DNA of 63,199 nucleotides, counting the filler, from Octopus bimaculoides (taxonomy: Eukaryota), in the NCBI RefSeq assembly GCF_001194135.2. It is 9 parts of 9 records of this genome, joined end to end, with 100 filler letters (N's around TTAATTAATTAA, not from the genome) between each part and the next. Parts side by side here need not be neighbours in the genome. Positions count along the whole stretch, not along the records: positions 22,316 to 26,422 come from NW_026375793.1; positions 26,523 to 37,662 come from NC_068989.1; positions 37,763 to 48,392 come from NC_068984.1; 6 more parts are not named here. One strand, 5' to 3'. Below, piece after piece: positions 25,941 through 37,817 of this stretch. The notes below the pieces were generated by a model, which worked only from the letters and a program-made list of their open reading frames with translations, was not told the DNA's origin and searched no databases. The position numbers and the translations under genes were made by a program. Positions within the stretch are counted from its first letter, which is position 1; every line of letters starts with the position of its first letter.

Positions 25941-26372
25941 TTAGATTACACAACGCCCTGCTCCCTTATGTATCCATGTTTAAAATTTCAGCATCATCGG
26001 ATGAACAATACTCAAGTTGTAAGTGCACAAACAGACAGACGGACAGAAAGGAGTTTATATATACAAAGATATGTATATATCATAAACATTATATATGTAT
26101 GAATCATATATATTATATATGTATATATCATAAATATTATATATGTAGATATCATATATATTACATATGTATATATCATATATGTTATATATGTATATAT
26201 CATATTATATATGTATATATCATATTATATATGTATATATCATATATTATATATGTATATATTACATATATGTACATATTATATATATGTATATAAATAT
26301 AAAATATTCATATATAGATATATATTACATATATATAATATATAGTCTATATATTATATATATATAATATTT

Positions 26373-26422
<50 letters not shown>

Positions 26423-26522
26423 NNNNNNNNNNNNNNNNNNNNNNNNNNNNNNNNNNNNNNNNNNNNTTAATTAATTAANNNNNNNNNNNNNNNNNNNNNN
26501 NNNNNNNNNNNNNNNNNNNNNN
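26423..26522. other. Artificial scaffold spacer 2
   Basis: 44N-TTAATTAATTAA-44N. Confidence 0.97.
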
Positions 26523-26535
26523 CACGTAATTATTG

Positions 26536-26730
26536 CACGTTCTTGCGGCCCCAGGCTCTTACTTTCGGCGTCAGGCACATTCTTACAGCCCTGGGCACGT
26601 TATTGCGTCCCCAGTTACGTTCTTGCGGCGCCGGACACGTGCTTGCGACGCCGGGTACGTTCTTGCGGCCCCAGGCACCTTCTTGCTTTTCGAGGCACGT
26701 TCTTGCGGCGCCAGACACGTTCTTGCAGCC
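26536..26730. repeat. GC-rich 20-bp minisatellite, ~9.75 units, consensus CACGTTCTTGCGGCCCCAGG
   Basis: Units start at 26536, 26556 ... 26716 with an exact 20-nt period and substitutions only. Confidence 0.95.
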
Positions 26731-27178
26731 ATCATCCATGTGGACACATTTCTCTCCTATGACATCATGATTCTCTCTAACACATTGTCTTGCAATTCAC
26801 ACCACTTCAAGTTTCTCTCTTTGGAGCCTTATTACATAAAAGGGAGCCATCATCCATGTGGCCCATGATAGCATGAGGTTGATAAGTGCAGCAGTGATGA
26901 CAAAACTGACAGTTCTGTAGAAAATATAGTTAAAGGCAGAGGTTTAGAATGTTAAAGGAGAATGAAATAGTAACACATTATTTAGACTAGTTGCACTACT
27001 AAGTCTAGTTATAGTCTTTGCTTTTTTCAGTCCAGATTCATTCAGGTGGAAATGCCATATTTTCAACTTAATATAATTGTACCAGTAATATATACTACCT
27101 CTCTAGCTCTACTGCATCTCTTTCCTACAAAAATTGAGTTTACATCTTTAAAAATGTTGCTATATTATGTTCTCCCAG

Positions 27179-27271
27179 GTAAAGATGGTTTCGTATCCAA
27201 AGAGACTTCTGATTCCTGGGATGCCACCAGTAATTACAGTTCGTTGTCGCAAAAAACCCCAGAAAATAATG
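27179..27271 (+). CDS. Internal coding exon (93 nt, phase 1-1) of an unidentified gene
   Basis: Acceptor TTATGTTCTCCCAG| and donor G|GTTTGT. Encodes (G)KDGFVSKETSDSWDATSNYSSLSQKTPENN; phase joins the next exon. Confidence 0.7.
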
Positions 27272-27599
27272 GTTTGTATATTTCATGCATTTTTTTTTTT
27301 TTGTTTTTGTTTTTAAATCTTTCAAAGAAAACTCCACTTACTTTCTCACATCACAGTTCATCCTATCATCGAAAAAAAAAAAAAATGACAATTCTATTAA
27401 TTTTATTTCAGTTGTTAAGAGTTGTTAGTCACACAGAACAGGAATTAGTACGACAAGGCCTCTTGTCTGATACTCTAACAGCTCTGCTAGTTCACTAGCT
27501 TTATTTATCATGCAGAAAATATGAAAGGCAGAGTTGAATTTTGATAAATTTGAGCTCATTCTATAAGAAATTGGAACAAATATCTCAAAGTCTTGAGAG

Positions 27600-27803
27600 T
27601 ATTAATCACGTTTTAAATGGGTGCAGTATACAAGCACAAACGGAGTACAAGTGCAGACATGACTGCATTGGAAAAAGAGTGATTTGGGATATTAGACAAA
27701 ACAACAGAAAATTGGTGTGAACGCAAACCAGATAGAAAATGAGAATTACAAGATCTTAAGGGACTTTGCCATAAAAACAACTGACCATACTATTGAAGCA
27801 CTT
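27600..27803 (+). mobile_element. R4/Dong-type non-LTR retrotransposon fragment (zinc-knuckle/RLE start), intronic
   Basis: INHVLNGCSIQAQTEYKCRHDCIGKRVIWDI, followed by a frameshifted ENENYKILxDF-like segment. Confidence 0.7.
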
Positions 27804-27807
27804 GATT

Positions 27808-28060
27808 AGAGCATTGGGTTCATAGTGAGTTTGATTCCTGGATTGGGTTGTGTGTTGTGTTCTTGAGCAAGTCACTTTATTTCACATTGCTCCAGTTCAC
27901 TCAGCTGTAGAAATGTGTTGTGGCAATGTCACTGTTGCCAAGCTGTATCGGCCCCCTTTGCCTTTCCCATCAGTGGCATGGAGAGGAGGGGAGGCTGGTA
28001 TGCCTGGGCTACTGCTCGTCTTCCATAAACAACCTTGCCTGGATTTGTACCTCAAAAGGG
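27808..28060 (+). mobile_element. SINE family F, intronic
   Basis: TTAGAGCATTGGG..GAGTTTGATTCC head and TTCTTGAGCAAGTCACTTTATTTCACATTGCTCCAG core. Confidence 0.75.
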
Positions 28061-28070
28061 AGATACATTT

Positions 28071-28552
28071 GATGAAACAGCAGACCATCTCATCTTGGGA
28101 TGTCCTGTGCTGACACCAAATGAATACAAAAATCGCCACAATAGGGTAGGACAGTATTTACATTGGAAAATATGTAAACACTACAAAATGAGCACTTGAA
28201 GGTAAAAATGTCACTACCCTCTGGGATTTTCCAGGCTAACTGACCAGACATAATTATTAAAGATAAGGAAGAAAATACTTGTAGATTAATAGAAGTGTTC
28301 CCACTGATAAAAAATGTATCTGAAACAGAATTTGACAAATTAAGTAAATATAAGGACCTGGAAATTGAAATACAAAAGATGTGGCATCTTAAAGCGAGAA
28401 CTGTTCGTGTTATTGTAGGTGCCCTAAGTATGATAAGAAAGGGATGTCAGAAACATCTAGATAAGATCCAAGGAGAACCATGTCTCAGAGAAATCTAAAA
28501 GATTTTACTGACAAGTACTTCCCATATCCTTAGAAAAACCCTTTCCATTTAA
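28071..28552 (+). mobile_element. R4/Dong-type non-LTR retrotransposon 3' fragment (RLE endonuclease), intronic
   Basis: DETADHLILGCPVL..EYKNRHNRVGQYLHWKICKHY and DKNVSETEFDKLSKYKDLEIEIQKMWHLK..VIVGAL..SHILRKTLSI*. Deletions and stops present. Confidence 0.9.
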
Positions 28553-28975
28553 ATGTCTGTGTTGTATTACATGAAGATATTTCGCTACTGTCCCTGCCAC
28601 TTCCCCTCCCCAAGCTTTCAGTCAAACTGTAACATTTCATATCCTTCACTTGCCCCAGGACACTGGGTATGTCTTGGCAAGTGATTGTAACAAACTTACA
28701 GATTAAATAGAAGATAAGAATTGTAGATTAAATTAGTTTTACTGAATTATTTTAGTCTCTTAGCATAAGAGTTGCTGAAGGTGTACAAAAGTATGTGCTT
28801 AGAGGTCAGTTGTGAATGCATGGAAATAAAAACTTGTGTTCATGACAACAATTTATCAATTTTCTCTCATATAAGATTTAGAAGTATGATTCATAAGATT
28901 TCAACTTTAGGTATTTTTTTAAAATTATTTTCTGTATATTTCAAATGACAATATATTTTTTCCTTCTTGTTGCAG

Positions 28976-28995
28976 ACGTTGAAGCACTTCAAAGG
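28976..28995 (+). CDS. 20-nt micro-exon (phase 1-0) of the same gene
   Basis: Strong acceptor TTTTTTCCTTCTTGTTGCAG| and donor AGG|GTAAAT. Encodes (D)VEALQR and bridges the flanking exons in frame. Confidence 0.65.
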
Positions 28996-29631
28996 GTAAA
29001 TATTTTTGTTCAGTTCTTTCTCTAAGTTTCAAGTAGTTGTCATTGGAGTGTGTGTGCGTGCATACAGTAATATTTTGCTTAATTATTCCTTCCTTTGTTT
29101 CTTTTTTTTTTTTTTATAATTATAAAAATAGAAACATAATAGTTAACAACAAAATAATAATTGCTTTAAAAGTTTAATGACCTGATGTTACTAAGGTGTT
29201 CGTTAGTCATATAATTAGTTTGCTTGTTGATGATTTGTGCAGAGACTCTCTTCCTGCTCTGTCTAAAAGCTTTTTATGAATAAATTGAAACACTATGAAA
29301 ATGCTGAAGCAGATCTAACAGTGGAAACTCCTGATTATTCCTCAAGTCTCAAGATTCAAATATTGTACAGAGTAGAAATGTTACTTCAAATATGTCATCT
29401 GTGCAAGATTTATAATTTAAAAAGATTGAGAGAAACAAGGAACTCTTGGCACATTTATAAAGTGAAAGGAAACTCCTGTATCAAGTGGTGAAACCAAAAC
29501 CAGCAAAGAAATATCAAGTGATATACAAAAATTTAGATATTTTTGGTAGTTTATTATTTATGAATATTTAATCAAATCTTTGGTATGCATACATTTTTCT
29601 ATTATTGTTCTTTATTTCGTACATTTAAAAA

Positions 29632-29872
29632 CATGTGATCAGAATGTTACAGGCAAGTATTGCAAGATGGAGTCATGAAGCCAAGTCAACTGACAAGAGA
29701 CCTTGGGGTAAACCAAGAACCAGATAGCTGGATAATATCTTGAGAATCCAACTGAAAAGTCTAATGACAGTTTCTTCTGAGATCGGATCCTATGGAAGAA
29801 GTGGCTGAGGACTCTCCCTCCGTGACCCTTCCAAGAACAGTGACGGGAGAAAATGAATAGATGGAGATGTCT
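29632..29872 (+). mobile_element. RTE-clade (Rex3/Expander-like) LINE 3' remnant, intronic
   Basis: HVIRMLQASIARWSHEAKSTDKRPWGKPRTR*LDNI resembles the RTE G.RP.GRPR.RW.D motif; ends ...GAAAATGAATAGATGG. Confidence 0.55.
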
Positions 29873-30424
29873 GTTATTAGTCACTATGTCTGTTACTTCT
29901 TAAAAATTGTCAGAGATCTACAGTGAAATACTTGCAGATTATTAACTAAAAAAAAAGGGGGATAATAGTGTATATAAGATAAAAACTAATTAGAGTACAG
30001 ATCATAAAAATCTTTATCAAATTTTTAGTACTTTCTTTCCTTTTCTTATGATGAAGATATATAACAAGTGGAGGGGGGGGAGGGTTATGGTTGAATGTAC
30101 ATAAAATTATTGAAGAGTGAAATAACAAGGTATTAAGGAGGGCTTAGCAGAGGAGTAACTTTTGTTTGTATGGATTAAAAGGTAATGCTTTTTGTTGTGG
30201 TCAAGTGGTTAGAACATTTTTAGTTTTGTCAGGGTTTTCTGTGGCTCCTCCTTTTATCTTCTCAAAAAAATTATAGCCTGTAACAGTAATGTTTGGATTT
30301 TCCTATCTATGATTTATTCTAGCTGGACATTAGCTACTGTTAAATGTTTTGGGTGATTATTGATTTGCTTGTATGTTAAGTACATGTTGTATTTCTTCTA
30401 CATAGCTGTGTAAATTTCTTTCAG

Positions 30425-30631
30425 CGGCCGATGTCATCCAGCTCAGTTGAAAGTACCACGGATCTTGAGCAGATGAGCACGAAGATTCCTGGCGGTCATC
30501 AATTCATGCCTCAGACATTTGAAGATGATGATGATAATTTAAAACTAGAAAAGGAGAAAAAAAAGAAAGGGTTTTCTTCTTTTTTCAGAAAGAAGAAAGA
30601 CCACAAAGAAGTGAAGAAAGATAAAAATTAA
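30425..30631 (+). CDS. Terminal coding exon (phase 0) of the same unidentified gene
   Basis: Acceptor AATTTCTTTCAG|. Encodes RPMSSSSVESTTDLEQMSTKIPGGHQFMPQTFEDDDDNLKLEKEKKKKGFSSFFRKKKDHKEVKKDKN*, followed by AT-rich UTR-like sequence. Confidence 0.78.
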   Translation, partial: RPMSSSSVESTTDLEQMSTKIPGGHQFMPQTFEDDDDNLKLEKEKKKKGFSSFFRKKKDHKEVKKDKN

Positions 30632-31559
30632 TTCATTCCATTGAAGCCTGTGTTCCTAACTGTTCATTCCCCCCATTCATCTGCCAGTAACTGCTGTACA
30701 GTTTTATGACTTTCTTTCTCTGCTGGACGTAGAGAAATGTCAAATCTAGATTTATAATTTGAAGCAACACATTCCAAATAAGCCTTATGCAGGATTTTGT
30801 TTGTTTTTTTTTTTTTTCTGACAGAATTTTCTAGAATTTCATTCCAAGTTTTCCTCTCTTTCTACATGGCATCAATTAAAGAAAATGTTCTATGACTTAA
30901 TATTTACTTCACCTCAAATTTCAACCCCTATCAAGAATTTGTTTAACGTCCTCTATTTTTAACCCATAAATTATTTCACACTAGCATTGTTTCTAATTAT
31001 CAAAAAGGGGTCAGCTAAAAAAAATATCCTTGGAGAAGATTAATCTTAAAACCAAGTTTGGATCCACTGTAGATTTATACCAAAATCCAAGCTCATGTAT
31101 AATGATGGCCCAAACTCATTTATTTGTTTTATAAGATGAAGAGATTCATCTGGTACTTTTCAAACTGTCTGTCGTTTCATTAATTTTTTTTTTTAATTCT
31201 TAAATTTCAAAGGTGCAAGGAAATTTTTTTTTTTTCTAATTTTGTTTTGATGTTTTTGTTTCTCAGATTTTATTAATTGTGTGTGTGTTTTTGTTACTCA
31301 AATTTTATTACTTTATAAACACAAAGGCACACACATAAACATTAATATTCATCATCTTGATGTCCCCATGCTTTTCCATGGTTGCATGAGTTGGATGGCA
31401 GATTTTCTACAGCAGATGCCCTTTCCTGTATCCACACAAAGAAACAGACATGCTTTTGCCAAATATTGGAAAGGAATGACAGTGCCAGTCATTTACAACT
31501 CTCACTATGATGTCAAGTCAAAGGTCAGAGCTACACACACACACACACACATTATTATA

Positions 31560-31945
31560 TGGCTGTGTGGTAAGAAGTTTGCTTCTCAAGTACATGGTTC
31601 CGGATTTGGTCTTACTACATAGCACTTTTGGCAGGTGTCTTTCACTGAATCCTTGTAAATGTATTTGATGAATGGAAACTGAAAGAAGCTCATCCTATAT
31701 GTATGCTTGTATTACTGTCCCCTTGCTTCAACACTGTATGTGAGTTGTAAATGAGTCTCACTGTTATGCAAGCAGTGTTATTCATTTTCAATCTTTCATG
31801 AAAACTTATCTGGTCATGGGAAAATATTACCTTATTTGGATATGAGGGTTGGCAACAAGAACGCCATCTGGCGGTAGAAAATCTGCCTCAACAAATTCCG
31901 TTGAATCCATAGAAGCAGGGAACCATGGACATTAAATTGAGGATA
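31560..31945 (+). mobile_element. SINE family B head with RTE-type tail
   Basis: GGCTGTGTGGTAAGAAGTTTGCTT head and GGTTGGCAACAAGAA..ATCTGGCGGTAGAAA tail. Confidence 0.6.
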
Positions 31946-33073
31946 TGTTTTTCTTTGTTTCTTTTTTTTATCAAAACTGAAGCTGAGAGTTTGTCTTACA
32001 ACTCAAATTTCAGTTTCAATAAAAAAAACATCTACATGTATTAACCCCTCTTCATTCTTCTGACATAATTCTATATATTATAAAATATTGGTTTTTGTGT
32101 GTGTGTGTGTGTGTGTGTGTATAATGTGAAGACAGCGAAACATACAAATATGAAATAACAGGTTCGTTATTAGTGAAAAGTTAAAATTCAAGTGTTTGTA
32201 GTTTTCCTACAAAAGCTTGAACTTAATGAAAAGGCTTGTTTGATAATGTTAATAATCTGTTGAATTTATACGTGTGTGTGTGTGTGTAACAAGGCAGAAA
32301 AATCAGGTTTATGAAGGATCCATTGAGTAAATTCAACATAGATTATTAACATTATCAAACAAACCTTTCTCAAAACACTAATTTTCATGAAGTTCAAGCC
32401 TTTATTGGAAAACTATAAGCACTTGAATTTCAACTTCTCATAAATAACTACCCCGGTTATTTTGTATTCGTAATAATTGCTTGTTTTCATTCTGGTAAAA
32501 CACCATGACAGTCAAGACATCTCATGTACTAGGACATCTTTTTTTGGAGTTTTTATAATGCTTCACTGTATAACCTAACTGACAATTTAGTTACTGTCCA
32601 CAATATGCCAAAACATTTAATAGCATAATATTTACTACAATATTGTTGATCTACTGAAGGAACAAGCCCAGAGCCTTGAACTAAAAACATGCCTTAACTC
32701 AGTTATTCAGTTTGTTTGTTTTTGTATTTTGTTTGTTTTCAAGCAGCTGTTCTACTGTTTGTGTAAGATATCAGAGGAACAAAGATTTGATAGAAACTGT
32801 AATTTTTCTATAGTAAATAAAATATTAAAATTTGGAATGATATGTGTTGTATTTCATTTAAATGTTTTTAATGAACTATAAAATCTTCAGCTCAACCCTC
32901 AGGAAAACCATAGCAGTATGGAAAACAACATTCAACTCCTACTAAAGGTGACGGTAAGGGATAATGAAGGAGATGATGATGATGATAAAAAGAGAGACCT
33001 GTATAAATATAATACTGTTGACAGATTTATTATTTTGACTAATTCTGAAATTCCTCCTCTGAAAGTAGCTACT

Positions 33074-33574
33074 TTGAGTAAGAGAGCAACTCAAGGTCAT
33101 CGAAGTGACACTAAGGTCCAATTATACGAAGCCCAATATATCCATCATGACCACCCATCTGATAAGGGTCCATCATGACCACAACTGCACAACATGGTGA
33201 GCTTATATCAAAATAAAAAGCACATGACCTTGCAGTTAGAATTTTCTTCAGGTTGAGTAGCTCATCTTCCTCAAAAGGTCCCTGAATAAGGTTCGTTCAA
33301 GGATGATGAACAAAACACCCATGTTTTCAGATGTAAATTATTCAAACCCCAAAGAATTCTTCGCAATACACAGCTATGATGTCCCCCCCCCCACTACTTC
33401 TGCTCGTGATCACAGCTGCACATATCATCAGCCACTAAGGGACATTCTCAACTGGTTAAGGGACAAGCAAATATGTAGTATTGAGCAGAATATTGTAGCC
33501 TATCAATGTATATGAGAACACTTCCAATCAGTTAAGATCAGAAGCCACGAGAGCCACTGCCTGGTACTACATCC
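33074..33574 (-). mobile_element. Retroposon family E, older full-length copy
   Basis: Reverse complement of 14343-14888 (e.g. CAATCAGTTAAGATCAGAAGCCACGAGAGCCACTGCCTGGTACT). Confidence 0.8.
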
Positions 33575-34318
33575 TTACAGAGTCGATAAATTAAGTACCA
33601 GTGAGTACTGGGGTCGATGTAATCACCTATCCCCCTCCCCTCAAATTTCAGGCCATGTACTAGAAAGGATTATTATTATTATTATTACAGATGAATTACT
33701 CTGTGTCCTGATATTTGCCAATTTTCTAAGTTACATCATGACTTGTTTCATTATTTTGAAGTTTATTAATAGAGGTTTGTTGGTAATTAGTTGCTACCTG
33801 TTTATTTTAAATCATGAATTTTTTTTTTTTTTCTTTTGTAAATCAAGTTAGTTTTTAAAGTATTTTTATCTTTTATTGTCAAGCCAGTATTAAGAGAAAA
33901 CAAGAAAAGCACTCATGCAAGTCACCCAGTTTATGTAAAAGGTGTCACTGCTTATCTGTGACTTCAGTTATTTACGACACCAACAACTTGCTACATAATT
34001 ACATTGTGTCATGGTATATAACTTTGCATTTTGTATTTATCACTTGTTGTGGGTTTATAGTTAAGCTCTCCCGTCACAGTTAAAGATTCTCCTAGTATGA
34101 CTGTTTCACTTTAATGCCATTCAAAAAGTCCTGAATCTCACCATTTTGGTCAACACTTGTTTCCATATACGTCAAACATTATTAACAGAGATGAGCATTA
34201 ATACAAAAAAAAAACTGATAACGCCTAATTATTGTCTTTTTTTATGAGAATGACATGTCTGACTAATGAACACTAGTAATTCTTTTTTTGGGGAATATGC
34301 TCATATTTCATTGTCCAT

Positions 34319-34366
<48 letters not shown>

Positions 34367-34479
34367 ACTTAATGATTTCTCACTCCTTCAGCAACAACTG
34401 TGAAGTATTTGTTTTGCTGAAGAGGTTTAGTAAGAGCAAAACATGTTCAAAGTTGTCTTTTGTACTTGCTTCTCACCAT

Positions 34480-35275
34480 CATTTAATGTTTGTTTTCCCT
34501 ACTGGTATGGATTGGATAGTTTGATCAGAGCTGGTAAGATGGAAAGCTGCACCAGGTTCCAGTCTGATTTGACTTGGTTTCTGTGGCTGGATCCCCTTCC
34601 TAACACCGACCACTTTACAGGGTGCTTGGTGCTTTTTACATGAACCTGCACAAGGGCACGTGCGAGGCAAAAACCCCTTCAGCTGAACATTAACAATTCT
34701 GCTGGGGTGGACGGATTTTCTTGAGTATAGCAGGTGCTAGATATCTCGGTCCTTTATCCTCTCCTTTGTGAGGCTCATTCAGAGATTGGCCTTCAGTACT
34801 TCATCCCATGTCTTTCTAGGTTTCCTCTCTTCCACTAGTTCCATCCATTTTAAGTAATCAGCACCTTCTTTATGCAGCTGCCTACATCCATACACATTAC
34901 ATAACCAAACCAAGCACAATCTTCTCTCTTGCACACTGCATCTAATTCCTCCTATGTCTAATTTTTCTCTCAATACATTAACACACTGTTATACTTGTAC
35001 ACTTACATGGCACATCCAGTAGAGCATACGAGCTTCATTCCTCTCAAGCCTTTATATGTCCCCTGCATTCAGGGCCCACATCTCACTACCATGTAGCATT
35101 TGCTGTTCATATACATGCATCATACAATCTTCCTTTCACTCAAAGAAAGAAAGACCTTTTGTTGCAAACAGAGGTAGAAACTCTCAACATTTTCTCCATC
35201 CTATTCTTATTCTAGCAATTACATTTTCCCTATATCCTTCCCTACTACAAATTAGGCCTCATTGACAGCAGAGCC
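34480..35275 (-). mobile_element. RTE-clade LINE 3' fragment with 3' UTR
   Basis: RIRIGWRKC*EFLPLFATKGLS, MLHGSEMWAL, REKLDIGGIRCSVQERRL, KPRKTWDEVLK; tail GGTGTTAGGAAGGGGATCCAGCC. Confidence 0.88.
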
Positions 35276-36359
35276 AATGCCCCTCAGGGGCATTTGGGAG
35301 AATGTTGGATGAATTCAGTAATATTTTAATAGAAGTTTTTCCTCACTGCATTAATACTTTTAGTGAAATTCTATTAAATTATGTCAGCAGTAAATAAAAA
35401 TTATCAGTTTCCGTGCGGGTGATGTTTTTAAAGGATTAACTTCAAGTCATTATTACTTAGACTGGATGAACCAATGAAGTCTTTATATCAAGGTCCAAAT
35501 CCTTTTTCAATCTAAAGAATCCTATTTAACCAAATAAAACAGAAACTATTATTACTTAGAACTGAAGTCATTCTTCCTTTACCGTAAAGATTTTCCCTAA
35601 GTTTAAATAACTTGACATCACTTCATGAGGTAGAAACTCTTTTAGCCAACCAGAAACTTTCAGTTTTGGAAAGGTTTTGTTAAGAGGTTAAAGAATTGCT
35701 TAACGTACTCTATGCACACTGTAAATTTTTGAGAACATCACCCTTAGAATGCTATCAGACATTATTATGTAAAGGAAAACTGACTGAAAAGTCTCAGGTA
35801 TTGCAGTTAGTCACTCAGTTGAATAAACATCCATTATGGGCAATAGAAGTTCTCTTATATTGAATAGCAACAAATTGTGCCTTAGCATAAGGTTGCCAGT
35901 GGATACATGCCACTGACAAAAGCCAATTAGGCAGTCATGTGCAACCAACCTTCTCACTACTGTCAAACTGTTGAACCCACGTCTGCATCAAAATATGAAT
36001 GCTTAATGAAGGGCACGTTTCTGTGTGTGTGTGTGTGTGTACATATCTATGATACCCAGTCTACCAGCCACTCCAATTTCTGTCACAATCATTTGCAAGT
36101 CAATCTTCCTTCACATTCTTATGGGACATCCTGTTCGATCCCTCTATTATACTCCTACTTGGCACAAAGCCACTTCCCACAGTTCCACTCTCTCTCTTAA
36201 CTGAGGGGTCTTCATCCCACAAGTTACTTGGCAACCTTGCTGATGTTGGTGCCATGTAAAATGTACTCGTACCCAATCCACACTCTGTAAAGTGATTGGT
36301 ATTAGGAAGGGAATAGAGCCTGGTGCAGCACTCTGGCTTGCCAGCCCTTGTCAAACCAT

Positions 36360-37455
36360 TCAACGCGCATTCAGTTCCTGACAGTAAGAAACCTAAAGTT
36401 TTCCTTACTAATCAAACTTCTACCGTATACAAGATGTTATCGAAGCTGGCAGCACAAGAAACACCTCCAAGAGACATCAATGATCTTACAATAGACCAAA
36501 TCTCCGACTCCAGTAAGCAACAGTTTGATCCGAAACGATTTGTTGTGTGTGAGAGATTTTGCTTCTGAAGTGCCATGAAGTGCAAAGCAGGTGAGTCGAG
36601 TCAAGAATTAGCAACTCCCATTCACCAGGCTGCTGCTACCTGTGATTAAACATCAATCAAGAATCCTCTGGACGAAGCGTTGCGAACACGTTTCATTTTC
36701 TCAGTCAACAACGGAACTATGCTAAAAGCACTTTTCAAAATCAACATCGATGAACTTGCATTCAATCGAGCAATTGAAGTCGCTATTGAGACAGAGGATG
36801 CGGCTAAAGTTGCTAAAGAAACCATCTACGGTTCTATTCCTATGCAAGTACAAAAGGGGTTAAATGTTCTAAATCTACAGGTAAAAAGATGGCAAGTTCT
36901 AAGCCAGCCGAAGACAAGTCAAAATGGAGGTGTTACTGCTGTGGGAAAACTTCTCATCTTGCTCCCAATTGCCATTTCAAAAATCCTACTTGTAATTATT
37001 GCAAGATTCAAGAACGCTTAGAGTTAGTATGCTGGAAGAAAACACGGTTGCAAAATCCTAGTAATACGATAAGAAGTCTAGAAATTTGTAACCGTTCTAC
37101 TGTTTCTGATAATTCTTGCAGGGTTCCCCAATTATTTGTTCCAGTCCATATCTTGCCCAAGCTGGTGCACATGGAGCTGGACACTGCGACAGGAAGAAAC
37201 TTCATTTCAGAAGAATTGGGAAAATTGGAACTTCAGCCAGCAACCTTGCCGTATCAATCGGCTAGCAAACATGCTATTCCGATCATAGGTACTTTCATGG
37301 GTCAAACCAGTGGTGAACTCCAGGCTGATAAAACTTGTGCCATCATGTGCCATGTTTCCAAAGTTCAAAATTTGAACTTATTAGGACGAGATGCTATTAC
37401 GAAGCTAAAGATTTCAATTGACGATCTTCTGTTTTCCAGGGAATCTAACATGGAA
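36360..37455 (+). mobile_element. Ty3/gypsy LTR retrotransposon gag-protease remnant
   Basis: QQFDPKRFVVCERF, zinc knuckle CYCCGKTSHLAPNC (CX2CX4HX4C), protease-like MELDTATGRNFIS and LLGRD. Stops and frameshifts; no LTR or RT seen. Confidence 0.88.
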
Positions 37456-37460
37456 GTCAT

Positions 37461-37662
37461 CATCATCATCATCATCATCGTTTAACGTCCGCTTTCCATG
37501 CTAGCATGGGTTGGACGATTTGACTGAGGACTGGTGAAACCGGATGGCAACACCAGGCTCCAGTCCGATTTGGCAGAGTTTCTACAGCTGGATGCCCTTC
37601 CTAACGCCAACCACTCAGAGAGTGTAGTGGGTGCTTTTACGTGTCACCCGCACGAAAACGGC
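37461..37662 (-). mobile_element. RTE-type 3' tail ending in (GAT)n, truncating the gypsy remnant
   Basis: Reverse complement of GGCGTTAGGAAGGGCATCCAGCTGTAGAAACTCTGCC...GGAAAGCGGACGTTAAAC(GAT)n. Confidence 0.85.
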
Positions 37663-37762
37663 NNNNNNNNNNNNNNNNNNNNNNNNNNNNNNNNNNNNNN
37701 NNNNNNTTAATTAATTAANNNNNNNNNNNNNNNNNNNNNNNNNNNNNNNNNNNNNNNNNNNN
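37663..37762. other. Artificial scaffold spacer 3
   Basis: 44N-TTAATTAATTAA-44N. Confidence 0.97.
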
Positions 37763-37776
37763 TGTGTGAGTGTGTG

Positions 37777-37817
<41 letters not shown>

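Noticed and set aside
26536-26730. CRISPR-like array
   Set aside because: Contiguous 20-bp tandem units with no unique spacers, no cas genes, and a eukaryotic context.
27031-27045. Possible 15-nt micro-exon upstream of 27179
   Set aside because: Phase-compatible, but the GTGGAA donor is weak and such a short match can arise by chance; needs RNA-seq.
32903-32953. Apparent 51-nt exon with a GTAAGG donor
   Set aside because: Resembles a decayed RTE 3' tail (CAGTATGGAAAAC..(GAT)n) and lies downstream of the gene's stop codon.
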